From the IMG/VR virus record IMGVR_UViG_3300011113_000492, positions 59,082 to 123,081 of that record: a stretch of 64,000 nt of DNA; one strand, 5' to 3'. Position 1 is the stretch's first letter; each line of letters opens with the position of its first letter. The position numbers were made by a program, and so were the translations under genes. The notes under the pieces are model-generated. The model had not been told where the DNA came from. It searched no databases and saw only the letters and a program-made list of their open reading frames with translations. Below are positions 25,991 to 35,286 of the stretch, piece by piece. The stretch is from a virus.

Positions 25991-26211
25991 TTCAAGCCAG
26001 CGTTCGATTATATCATCCACCTCAACGCAACCGTTGGATAGACGAAAGTCCGATCAATGAGTGGTTGCTGGCACATGTGGGAGTTCACGCGAGATTCAAA
26101 GATCTTGTAGATGAGGATCGGCCGTGGCACGTGGATCATGAACAAAAATATCTTGAGTATCATTTTGCCCGTGAGCAGGATGCCATGATGTTTAGTTTGA
26201 GGTGGGTATGA
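25987..26211 (+). CDS. FxL[RK]W-family short protein 7
   Basis: INEWLLAHVG ... DAMMFSLRWV; GTGA overlap. Confidence 0.72.
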   Translation: MIQASVRLYHPPQRNRWIDESPINEWLLAHVGVHARFKDLVDEDRPWHVDHEQKYLEYHFAREQDAMMFSLRWV

Positions 26212-26411
26212 AAAATTATGTTGTAATACCCTACGACCCAACTTGGCGAGCATTAGAGTGGGCCAAAGAACATTGTCCAAGTTACATCACTAATGATCGC
26301 GAAGTTACGCAGCCGAGACCTTATCCCGATCATAATATTGACGATATTAAAATTCGCTTTTATTTCGGCAACGAACGGGATGCAACAGCATTTGCACTTA
26401 AATGGGCGTGA
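26208..26411 (+). CDS. FxL[RK]W-family short protein 8
   Basis: ALEWAKEHC ... DATAFALKWA; ATGA overlap. Confidence 0.72.
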   Translation: MKNYVVIPYDPTWRALEWAKEHCPSYITNDREVTQPRPYPDHNIDDIKIRFYFGNERDATAFALKWA

Positions 26412-26671
26412 ACACTATGTCAGTAATTAAATTATCTCAATTTGAGTGGGACAGTATTTTAGTAAAAATAGAGAATGACTATGGTAAAGCTGTGGCACTG
26501 ATTCGAACAGCTATGCGACGAGAGCTGGGCTGTACCCCAAGAACACATAGATTTTGGAAGCCCGATGAAGGTACAGGTGTCTACGACGGTTATGGGAATT
26601 ATGTAGAAGAAATTCATTTGGATTTTTATGATGATGCCAAAGAAACCATGTTCAGATTAAAATATCTATAG
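26408..26671 (+). CDS. FxL[RK]W-family short protein 9 (divergent)
   Basis: ...KETMFRLKYL; GTGA overlap. Confidence 0.62.
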   Translation: MNTMSVIKLSQFEWDSILVKIENDYGKAVALIRTAMRRELGCTPRTHRFWKPDEGTGVYDGYGNYVEEIHLDFYDDAKETMFRLKYL

Positions 26672-26673
26672 TT

Positions 26674-26937
26674 ATGAAAAAGAAAAGAATGTTAACTAAT
26701 AAAGATATATTTGCTGATTGGAAAAATATGCGATTTATTGTTGCGCCTAATTATACATTCAGAGACGATAAGATTAATTTTAAACATTTAATTATTTTAA
26801 CCGACATTAAATTTTGGGCATTGGCCTCAGATGACTTAGACTGTTGGTGCGAAGAAAATAACTGTAAAACAAAGGGAATGACCGTAGAAATCCCATCTGA
26901 CAGGGAATTAACACTGTTTTGTTTACGATGGGCTTAA
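26674..26937 (+). CDS. FxL[RK]W-family short protein 10
   Basis: LDCWCEENNC ... ELTLFCLRWA. Confidence 0.7.
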   Translation: MKKKRMLTNKDIFADWKNMRFIVAPNYTFRDDKINFKHLIILTDIKFWALASDDLDCWCEENNCKTKGMTVEIPSDRELTLFCLRWA

Positions 26938-26944
26938 ATAATAG

Positions 26945-27664
26945 ATGAAGTATATTTTTTCATTACTACTGTTACTGTGTTCTAATTCGTGGGCATGGAC
27001 AAATGCTTCATCGATTTTGGTAATCGATGCCAGCACTGCTCGAATCATTCACGAATATAATTCCAACTCTGTTCGGCCAATTGCTAGCATAACTAAATTA
27101 ATGACAGCTATGGTAAGTTTAGAATTGTATAGTCTTGATGATTATGTTATGATAACCAAAAAACAAAAGATATCAGTCAAAGAACTGTTGACCCGATTAC
27201 TGATCCGCAGCGATAATAATGCAGCAGAACTTTTGGCAAAACATCATCCGCAGGGCCGTAATGGATTTTTAGCTGCAATGAATACCAAGGCTAAAAATTT
27301 AAATTTGCATGACACTGTGTTTAATGATCCCAGCGGATTAAGATCTGACAATATTAGCACTGCGACAGAAGTTGCGGCACTGACCATAGAAGCATCAAAG
27401 TTTGATTTTATACGAGAAATCAGTGTTGTTCCACAGACAAAACAACTCACCAATACTAATTTTCAAATTCTTAAAGACTATCACAACATTTTAGTTAGCA
27501 AAACAGGATTTACCACAGCCGCAGGTAGATGTCTTACAATGTTGGTTGACCATGGACAAACTCGTTACGTAATTATAATTTTGGGAGAATTAACCAAAAT
27601 GGCTCGAGAAACCACTGCTCGAACTTTATTACAGGTCAGCGCCAATAAATACAGTTATAATTGA
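26945..27664 (+). CDS. Peptidase S11 (PBP7/DacA-like D-Ala-D-Ala endo/carboxypeptidase)
   Basis: Signal peptide; SxxK (SITK), SDN and KTG all intact. Confidence 0.9.
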   Translation: MKYIFSLLLLLCSNSWAWTNASSILVIDASTARIIHEYNSNSVRPIASITKLMTAMVSLELYSLDDYVMITKKQKISVKELLTRLLIRSDNNAAELLAKHHPQGRNGFLAAMNTKAKNLNLHDTVFNDPSGLRSDNISTATEVAALTIEASKFDFIREISVVPQTKQLTNTNFQILKDYHNILVSKTGFTTAAGRCLTMLVDHGQTRYVIIILGELTKMARETTARTLLQVSANKYSYN

Positions 27665-27695
27665 CATATTTTACAGAAACCAGTAAAATAACACT

Positions 27696-28196
27696 ATGAC
27701 CGCAATGAGCAGAAGTCGACAAAGACATACCTTTCAGGCAAGACGTGCAAACAGCGACGAGTTTACCAAGATTATGGAAGAAATTCGAAATCAAGATTTC
27801 TCAAGAGATAACGATGAGGAATGGCAGAAAAATAATATGGAATATGATCTACGCACCACTGATTGGATTTTGGAAAAAGTTCGAAATAGTAAAACTTATT
27901 CCCAAAATTTATATGCTGCTATGTGCAACAACGATTTCCAACGAAATGATGTATTACCGATTCTTAAAGATCAATACTGGCATTGCAGTTGGAGATACGC
28001 CGGAGGTATCATTGCTGACATGCGTGAAGAAGGGGACTACATTGATTGGTACTGTTCAGGCATAGTGGGAGATTCTGACATCGATGAGGGCGAATATCGT
28101 ACCAAAACAGGATATGTACCTGAGTGTACCATCACCGACGAAATTCGAGAAGACCTATTCAAATTGGGATGGTTGTGTTTTTCTGATAAAGATTAA
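27696..28196 (+). CDS. Conserved phage hypothetical protein
   Basis: YSQNLYAAMCNN, SWRYAGGIIADM, DYIDWYCSG. Confidence 0.7.
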   Translation: MTAMSRSRQRHTFQARRANSDEFTKIMEEIRNQDFSRDNDEEWQKNNMEYDLRTTDWILEKVRNSKTYSQNLYAAMCNNDFQRNDVLPILKDQYWHCSWRYAGGIIADMREEGDYIDWYCSGIVGDSDIDEGEYRTKTGYVPECTITDEIREDLFKLGWLCFSDKD

Positions 28197-28212
28197 TTAA
28201 CAAGGAGACTGT

Positions 28213-28899
28213 ATGTTTGCAACTGTGGAAACAAAATTATGGCGAACTGCCAGCGAAGTAAATGAAGCAATGGTTCGAGTTTATAATCATATGCTCATGG
28301 CCATTGTAACCAGCGGTGTAGTAAGTTATTTGGTTAGTTCTAGTCCTGGGCTCATGGCATTTTTCTTCACTGGATTTATGAAATGGGTTGTGCTGTTTGC
28401 ACCATTGGCTTTTGTGTTTTTGGTGCCTGTATTGCTAAATTCGGGAATTTCCAGAACGGGCAAAATTTTAACTCTGCACGGCTTTGCTGGACTAATGGGA
28501 CTGAGCATGGCCAGTATCTTTGTGGTCTATACACTAGGCAGTATTGTATCGGCATTTTTGGGTGCTGGGGTACTGTTTGGCACTATGAGTCTTTATGGCT
28601 ATTTTACCAAACAAAGTTTGGACAGTATCGGTAAATGGTGTTTTGTGGGCTTGATCGCAATTGTGATTGCTAGTATAATTAATATCTTTGTTGGCAGTAG
28701 TCTAGCACAAATGGTAATCAGTGCATTGGCTATCATTATCTTTTTGGGATTGACTGCCTACGATACTCAACAAATCCGAGAAATGGTCAGCGAACACACA
28801 GACGACAGCATTGAAATCAGTGCGGCGTTGACTTTGTATTTGAATTTTATTAACTTGTTTATCAGCTTACTTCAACTATTTGGCGGGAAAAAAGATTAA
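28213..28899 (+). CDS. Bax inhibitor-1/YccA family membrane protein
   Basis: About 7 TM segments; LTAYDTQQI, ALTLYLNFINLFISLL. Confidence 0.9.
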   Translation: MFATVETKLWRTASEVNEAMVRVYNHMLMAIVTSGVVSYLVSSSPGLMAFFFTGFMKWVVLFAPLAFVFLVPVLLNSGISRTGKILTLHGFAGLMGLSMASIFVVYTLGSIVSAFLGAGVLFGTMSLYGYFTKQSLDSIGKWCFVGLIAIVIASIINIFVGSSLAQMVISALAIIIFLGLTAYDTQQIREMVSEHTDDSIEISAALTLYLNFINLFISLLQLFGGKKD

Positions 28900-29745
28900 A
28901 TGGCACAATACGCACATTACTGGAGTTGTTCAAATTTTGCAGACTGGGTTCGCGGTACTAAGAAACTCGGTGCTGGCACATCCGAGGAATGGGATGAATG
29001 GACCACTGCGGCAAAAATGAAACACAACTTCCGATATTGGTTAGCAGAAGACGGGTTAGATCATCTTCAAAACTTTGTTTATTACATTCCCAATTGCTTA
29101 AATGATATACGATATTACATTAATAATCGCTGGGTCTCTCATAGTCATCGCCTTACAGCAAGCCCTAAGGACATCAAACCGGGTTCATGGTGTGATGTGG
29201 GCAATCGTTTTTTGCCTTGTCTATTTAACGAGCTTGTGGATTTTGTTGAAATAGAACAAGCATGGCATCACTGTATGTGGAGTGACGAGGCTAAGACTAA
29301 GTTCAACGTGCCTTGGTATCGTAAAGGTTGGCTGCGCTGGCGTACATGGCGTTGCCCAGAAGCTGGTCTAGAATATTTGAAATGGGCCGCAGGTCTTAAA
29401 GTCGATGAAACTATGGGAGTCGAGCCTGGTGAAAAAGGCTACGGAGAGCCCACATACCAAGCCAAAGCTGCTAAAGAAATTATTGATCTTTACACTTGGT
29501 GGACTGTGACTTATCGCAATCGCCCTGATCCCTATGATGCCAGTGGTTGGACTGCTCACTGTGACGCTATGCGAGCAAAGTACCCAGGCAGTTTCTTGTC
29601 TAGTATAAACTCAAAAGATCCGGTAGATCGTCGAGCCAGCGATAAAGCACACAAGCTGCTTCAAAAGATAGAAGCAGCCTACGCTAAGGAAGACGAAGCT
29701 ATGATGATTCGTTTAATTAGAATTCGTGAATCACTGTGGACTTAA
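28900..29745 (+). CDS. Trp-rich conserved phage hypothetical protein
   Basis: Long coupled ORF. Confidence 0.7.
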   Translation: MAQYAHYWSCSNFADWVRGTKKLGAGTSEEWDEWTTAAKMKHNFRYWLAEDGLDHLQNFVYYIPNCLNDIRYYINNRWVSHSHRLTASPKDIKPGSWCDVGNRFLPCLFNELVDFVEIEQAWHHCMWSDEAKTKFNVPWYRKGWLRWRTWRCPEAGLEYLKWAAGLKVDETMGVEPGEKGYGEPTYQAKAAKEIIDLYTWWTVTYRNRPDPYDASGWTAHCDAMRAKYPGSFLSSINSKDPVDRRASDKAHKLLQKIEAAYAKEDEAMMIRLIRIRESLWT

Positions 29746-29746
29746 C

Positions 29747-30103
29747 ATGAGCTCGGATACTTTTTTTGAATTTCTTGCTTTTTTTGTACAAGTTATTTTT
29801 TGGTGGTTTATATTTCAAACAGTGTTGGCTGTTCTCTTGCGTATGCGAGAAAACAAAGAACAACGTTTCAAAAACATGATCGAAAAATTAGACGAAGTTA
29901 CTCATCGAGTTTTGGTTGAAAAACACGGGGATATGTATTATTGGTTTGATGCAGATGATAACGAATTTTTAGCACAGGGTAAGAGTCTCGAAGACACCAT
30001 AGATATCCTTAAAAAGCGTTTCCCCACCCATATGTTTTTTGTAACCACCGGGGACAAAAAATATAAAATTGCTAGTCCGAATTGGAATTTAGAGCCCTAT
30101 TAA
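29747..30103 (+). CDS. Single-TM hypothetical protein
   Basis: N-terminal hydrophobic helix. Confidence 0.6.
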   Translation: MSSDTFFEFLAFFVQVIFWWFIFQTVLAVLLRMRENKEQRFKNMIEKLDEVTHRVLVEKHGDMYYWFDADDNEFLAQGKSLEDTIDILKKRFPTHMFFVTTGDKKYKIASPNWNLEPY

Positions 30104-30176
30104 TAAAAAGTATTACTTGCTCAAAAACATTAATTCTGCTATAATGTACACAGTTTAACACTGTCGGGTCATTTAT

Positions 30177-30575
30177 ATGAGTATGCATCTCCATCATCCC
30201 AGTCTCAGTCTCAACGGCAAGAAAAAAGGCAAAGTTAAATTTCGCAATGCCGAAGAAGCTCGCCGAGCTCGCGAACTGGAGGATTCTTGGAAAGATCTAC
30301 AGAAAAAATGGGGAGTAGATGAGCAGGAGCGTAAGCGCAAACGTGCATTGGCTGCGCCGCCCTTGCAGGGGAATTATAAACTCAGTGTGCCCCCTGGCCG
30401 AAGTACTGCTCATATTCCCAGTCTTAACAGCGGTGCTGGAGTAGCAACTTTGGCGCCAGCAAAAGTATACACGGGCACAAAAGTCAAAGGTATTGCAACC
30501 ATGCATAAATCTAATGCAGTTCCAGTCTTCAGTGACGAAGAAGCAGTTGAAATTTCTAGAATGAGGCGTGGTTAA
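30177..30575 (+). CDS. Conserved T4-like phage hypothetical protein
   Basis: VYTGTKVKGIATMHKSNAVPVFS...MRR; sigma70 promoter upstream. Confidence 0.7.
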   Translation: MSMHLHHPSLSLNGKKKGKVKFRNAEEARRARELEDSWKDLQKKWGVDEQERKRKRALAAPPLQGNYKLSVPPGRSTAHIPSLNSGAGVATLAPAKVYTGTKVKGIATMHKSNAVPVFSDEEAVEISRMRRG

Positions 30576-30622
30576 AACTTGTATTGGTAGGTAAATAGAC
30601 ATTTAAGGAGAAATATTAAAAA

Positions 30623-30841
30623 GTGGCAAAAGAAGAAGGTATGAAAATGAATGGTGTTGTAACCGAAGTGTTAGGTAACGCCATGTTTCGTGTTAAAATT
30701 GAAAACAGCGAGTATCTAGTTACCGCTTATATCGGCGGAAAATTGCGTAAGCATGACATTAAAGTTATTGCAGGCGATAAAGTAGTCATGGAAATGAGCC
30801 CATACGATCTCACTAAAGGCAGAATTATGTATAGAAATTAA
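30623..30841 (+). CDS. infA: Translation initiation factor IF-1
   Basis: [15 protein letters not shown]...GDKV...[13 protein letters not shown]; AAGGAG SD. Confidence 0.93.
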   Translation: MAKEEGMKMNGVVTEVLGNAMFRVKIENSEYLVTAYIGGKLRKHDIKVIAGDKVVMEMSPYDLTKGRIMYRN

Positions 30842-30858
30842 CTTCTATAAATAGTTGT

Positions 30859-31419
30859 ATGTCCGATCTAAGAAACTTAATTAACCTAGTAGAAGCAAAA
30901 AGCAAACAAGATTTAGTATTAGAGAAACTTCCTTATACTAGATCGGGATTGGCTCCAGTAATGAGTCAAGCCACCGTCGATTATCACTACGGTGATCTTG
31001 CCAAAGGTTATGTGGATCGTTACAATAAAGGGGAAGGGGATCCTGTTTTCAATGAAGCAGGTGCATTTCTACATAATATTTTCTTCCCACAGCTAATGGC
31101 TCCAAAAAATGCCAATTCCCCAAAAGGTGCCAGTTTAAGTCTAATAAATCGACGTTACGGTGATTTTAAAAGCTTCAAAGAAGAATTTAAAAAAGAAGCC
31201 ATGAAGATACAAGGTTCTGGTTGGATCTACATGGCCCGCAACGGTGATATCAAGACTATAAAAAATCATCAAATAAAAAATGATATTGCCTTGCTTATTG
31301 ACTGGTGGGAACATGCATGGGCCAAAGACTACGGCGCCAATAAAAGCAAATATCTAGATAATATTTGGCGTTGTATCAATTGGGACAAAGTAAACATTAG
31401 AATCTACGCTGGAAAATAA
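30859..31419 (+). CDS. Fe/Mn superoxide dismutase with N-terminal extension
   Basis: LPY, YHY, LHN, QGSGW, DWWEHAW (metal ligands retained); TATAAATA at 30846. Confidence 0.88.
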   Translation: MSDLRNLINLVEAKSKQDLVLEKLPYTRSGLAPVMSQATVDYHYGDLAKGYVDRYNKGEGDPVFNEAGAFLHNIFFPQLMAPKNANSPKGASLSLINRRYGDFKSFKEEFKKEAMKIQGSGWIYMARNGDIKTIKNHQIKNDIALLIDWWEHAWAKDYGANKSKYLDNIWRCINWDKVNIRIYAGK

Positions 31420-31420
31420 T

Positions 31421-31747
31421 ATGCTAACTTTAACAGAAAATGCAGTACAAAAAATTAAAGAACTTCTGGCTGAAGAAAACAACCCAAGTCTAAAACTTAG
31501 AAGTTTCGTTCAGGGCGGTGGTTGTAGCGGTATGCAGTACGGTTTTACATTCGATGAAACACAAAACGAAGACGATTTTGTAATAGAAAATGATGGTATA
31601 GCAGTGTTGGTAGACTCAATGAGTATGCAATATATGGATGGTGCTAAAATCGATTATAAAAACGATTTAATGGGTTCGAGTTTTAGTATTGATAATCCAA
31701 ATGCCCAAACTAGTTGCGGTTGTGGTAGTAGTTTTAGCCCTTATTAA
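31421..31747 (+). CDS. erpA: A-type Fe-S carrier (ErpA/IscA, HesB family)
   Basis: [25 protein letters not shown]. Confidence 0.88.
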   Translation: MLTLTENAVQKIKELLAEENNPSLKLRSFVQGGGCSGMQYGFTFDETQNEDDFVIENDGIAVLVDSMSMQYMDGAKIDYKNDLMGSSFSIDNPNAQTSCGCGSSFSPY

Positions 31748-31800
31748 GGTTTAGACTAATTAGTCTAAACCCGATAAATAAGTTAAATGGGTTTTAGACT

Positions 31801-32667
31801 ATGACAGATTTCGTTTATGTATACACCGGTGCTGCACCAAATGACGGCACAGGTAATTCTATCAGGGATAGCTTTACTATCCTAAATGAAAATTTTCGCT
31901 GGTTTCACGGCAATATTTGGCCGGATCAAAGCCAAAACGATTTAACTGCTAATATTACCAGTACTTACATCAGTAGATTTAACTTAGTACAGTCTGGTGA
32001 AGTACAAAGCGGCAGTTTTGGAAATACAGATGCATCTTCTACTTACTTAGGCAACGTTTTTACTGCTAGTAATTCATTTCAAGGAAGGTTAGGCGCACAT
32101 GGTGGAAATGCTGCTATTGTATCAACTTTAAGTGCAACAGGAAATGTAGCTGTAGCAAATTTAACAGTTAATGGATCCGCTACATTAAGTTCTCTTACTA
32201 TCAATAGTTTAAATAATACCGTAATAGGCAACATTACTCCAGCAACTGGTGCGTTTACTACTATATCGTCAACTGGAAGTATAACTACAGGCGGGGATGT
32301 AATTTTAACCAATGCAAATGTTACCAATGTTAGATATCTGAGCAGAAATGTATCAAATTTTCTATCAGCTAATTTACAGTCTAGTGCCACAATTTCATTA
32401 TCAATAGGTAGCGTCGGACAATTCAATGCTGTTAGTATTAATACCAATGCCACACTTGGGTATTCTACTATTTCTACTGGAGTTGAAAGGATATTAGTTG
32501 TAAAAAATCAAAACGACGGTGTAGTTAGACAGATAACATTACCCAGTGCATTTAATAACAAAGGTAATGCCACCATACTAATTGGAGCAAATAGTTCTGC
32601 AATGTTACAATTCATACCATTCAACACTGATTCCGCAAATGTATACGTAAACATTACTAATACTTAA
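31801..32667 (+). CDS. Virion structural protein (baseplate/tail fibre-like)
   Basis: GAAPNDGTGNSIRDSF...NENF N-terminal motif; T/S/N-rich beta repeats; late promoter. Confidence 0.7.
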   Translation: MTDFVYVYTGAAPNDGTGNSIRDSFTILNENFRWFHGNIWPDQSQNDLTANITSTYISRFNLVQSGEVQSGSFGNTDASSTYLGNVFTASNSFQGRLGAHGGNAAIVSTLSATGNVAVANLTVNGSATLSSLTINSLNNTVIGNITPATGAFTTISSTGSITTGGDVILTNANVTNVRYLSRNVSNFLSANLQSSATISLSIGSVGQFNAVSINTNATLGYSTISTGVERILVVKNQNDGVVRQITLPSAFNNKGNATILIGANSSAMLQFIPFNTDSANVYVNITNT

Positions 32668-32670
32668 AAT

Positions 32671-35286
32671 ATGTCAGCACCAATTTGGTTAACCAACCCC
32701 GGCGATCTCGGTATTATACCAGAACAAGAATATTTTGAATTCTTTTTCGATGCTTATAATCCGGGTGGTGGTTCATTGACTTACAGTGTAATCGCAGGCC
32801 AATTACCCACTGGATTAGAAATTAAATCCAATGGGTCTATGTTAGGTATACCTAGCGGAAAAGTGGGCGGTGTACCCAGTGCTGTGGAAAAAGTGACTGT
32901 CAGTGAATTTACAATTCGTATTACAAATTCTAATTATCTTGTTGCTGATAGAACTTTTACACTTACAGTAGCTGGTATATTGCCGCAGACTATAACACCA
33001 ACAGCCACTGATCTAGGTACCTTTGTTGATGGCACTTTTATTGAGATCGATATCAATACCATAGAGCCCAATCCTTATTTAGATTCTACATTTTCTATTA
33101 TCGAAGGAGAATTGCCTCTTGGACTATCACTGGACCCTATAACCGGCATTATATCAGGTTATGCTGAACCTGTGCAAACAGGGCAGTCATCGGGTAATTC
33201 AAATTTTGACATGAGCCCGTGGGATGAATATGCATTTGATTTTACAGGTATAAGCAGTAGTAAAAATTATCAATTTACCATCAAAGCAGACAACGGTGTA
33301 ACCATTGAAACTAAAATTTACACCATATATATTATTGCTATCTCAAATCTAACAGCAGACAATGATATTTTAAAAGCAGACAACGTAAGTTTAATCACTG
33401 CCGATTATGCGCCCCCTTACCATACTCCTGTCATTTTAAATACAGCAGGATCTCTGGGACAAGTCAGACAGAACACAGAAGTTAATGTCGAAATAAACGG
33501 AAAAGATTTTGATAACGATGCTATTAACTATGTCCTTATCAGCGGATCTTTGCCGCCAGGATTATCACTGAACACCACATCAGGGTGGATTACAGGAATT
33601 GTTCCTTTCGGACAATTGGGTAGCACAACTTACACTTTTTCAATCAGTGTTTTTAAAACAGACATTCCCGAATATATAAGCCCAGCTAAGACATTTACAT
33701 TAGATGTTTTAGGACAAGTTGACGACATTGTTACTTGGATTACTGACAGTGATTTAGGAATTTTATATGGTGGCGAAATCAGCGAACTGTATATAGAAGC
33801 TACCACACCCAGCGGTCGATTGTTAAATTATAACATTACTGCGGGCAGCTATGGAAGACTCCCCCCAGGACTAACACTGACTACTAGTGGGTTACTGTCT
33901 GGTAGAGTAAGTTTTGAAAGCTTCATGTTAGACAGTGGAACCACAACATTCGACAACAATACCACACTAACTACATTTGATAGAGTTTTTACTTTTACAA
34001 TATCTGCAGCAGATATAGAAAACTATGTTTACAGTACAAAAACATTTACACTAAAAATTAGCGTAAATGATATTAAACCTTTTGAAAACTTATACATATC
34101 AATTTTACCAAACAAAGAACAAAGAGCTATATACAATTCTATTGTGAATAACGGGGACATTTTTCCCGATAGTTATTTGTATCGTTCTACAGATCCGTGG
34201 TTCGGTAAAAATATACAGAGAAGAAGTTTATTTTTGGCAGGATTAAATCCAGATACTGCGGCTGAATATATTAGCGCAATGACTTTAAATCATTACTGGA
34301 AAACTTTGTATTTTGGAGAAATCAAAACAGCACAGGCCTTGGATAATAATTTTAATTCGATTTATGAAGTTGTTTACGTAGAAATTTTAGATAGAGGGGT
34401 AAATGATCAAGGGCTGGGGCCGAATTTAAGCATATCATTGCCATCTAATAGTAGAAACATTAGCACTGTTTATCCCAATAGTTTCCCCAATATGGCTCAG
34501 AGAATAGAAAATAGCGTTGGATATGAAAATCGAAGTATATTACCCAAATGGATGACTAGTAGACAACGCGACGGAACTGTGTTAGGATTTACAAGGGCAC
34601 TGGTGCTGTGTTACGCCAAACCCGGAAAAGCTGAAGAAATAGCTTATAGAGTAAGACAGATACAACGCGAATTACAATATATAGATTTTACTATTGACAG
34701 ATACGAATGGGATAATTCACTGAGTGACAGTTTTAATAAATCCACTGGATCATTTATTCCAAATAATTTTGCTTATGCATCTGGAAACATTACTGCTAAT
34801 ACAAACAGCAATATTATTACAGGATTAACAACAACAATCAATGGTGCAGGAACTATCAGTGGAACTGTCGGAACTACTACACTAATCGGCACAAACACAT
34901 CATTCGGTACTGAATTTAGGATAGGAAGGCCTGTGTATAGAGCAGACACTAATCAAGAGATTGGCATAATCAAAAGTATATCTAGTTCAACCAGTTGTAA
35001 TGTAGTAAATCCACTAGTGTCTACTATTTCAAATATTTCGTATTTTGCCGAAACAAATACCACAGAATTCAGCACTGAAATTTTTGTTGGAGATACAATA
35101 CTTGTTGGTAATGTACGGTTAGGTACTGTAAAATCTGTTAACAGTGATTCCAATATCACATTGTACGCAAACAGTCTTGCAAACGTAACCAATGTGCAAT
35201 TCTTGCACAACAATAAAGATCCTAGTAATCTGCCTGGAGAAGGAGATAAATATCTCAAGTATCCTCAAGTTGGAGTAATAACATAA
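32671..35286 (+). CDS. Large baseplate wedge-like protein with repeated Ig-like (LPxGL...G.I.G) modules
   Basis: Four LP(T/L/P)GL repeats; ends KYLKYPQ. Confidence 0.7.
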   Translation: MSAPIWLTNPGDLGIIPEQEYFEFFFDAYNPGGGSLTYSVIAGQLPTGLEIKSNGSMLGIPSGKVGGVPSAVEKVTVSEFTIRITNSNYLVADRTFTLTVAGILPQTITPTATDLGTFVDGTFIEIDINTIEPNPYLDSTFSIIEGELPLGLSLDPITGIISGYAEPVQTGQSSGNSNFDMSPWDEYAFDFTGISSSKNYQFTIKADNGVTIETKIYTIYIIAISNLTADNDILKADNVSLITADYAPPYHTPVILNTAGSLGQVRQNTEVNVEINGKDFDNDAINYVLISGSLPPGLSLNTTSGWITGIVPFGQLGSTTYTFSISVFKTDIPEYISPAKTFTLDVLGQVDDIVTWITDSDLGILYGGEISELYIEATTPSGRLLNYNITAGSYGRLPPGLTLTTSGLLSGRVSFESFMLDSGTTTFDNNTTLTTFDRVFTFTISAADIENYVYSTKTFTLKISVNDIKPFENLYISILPNKEQRAIYNSIVNNGDIFPDSYLYRSTDPWFGKNIQRRSLFLAGLNPDTAAEYISAMTLNHYWKTLYFGEIKTAQALDNNFNSIYEVVYVEILDRGVNDQGLGPNLSISLPSNSRNISTVYPNSFPNMAQRIENSVGYENRSILPKWMTSRQRDGTVLGFTRALVLCYAKPGKAEEIAYRVRQIQRELQYIDFTIDRYEWDNSLSDSFNKSTGSFIPNNFAYASGNITANTNSNIITGLTTTINGAGTISGTVGTTTLIGTNTSFGTEFRIGRPVYRADTNQEIGIIKSISSSTSCNVVNPLVSTISNISYFAETNTTEFSTEIFVGDTILVGNVRLGTVKSVNSDSNITLYANSLANVTNVQFLHNNKDPSNLPGEGDKYLKYPQVGVIT

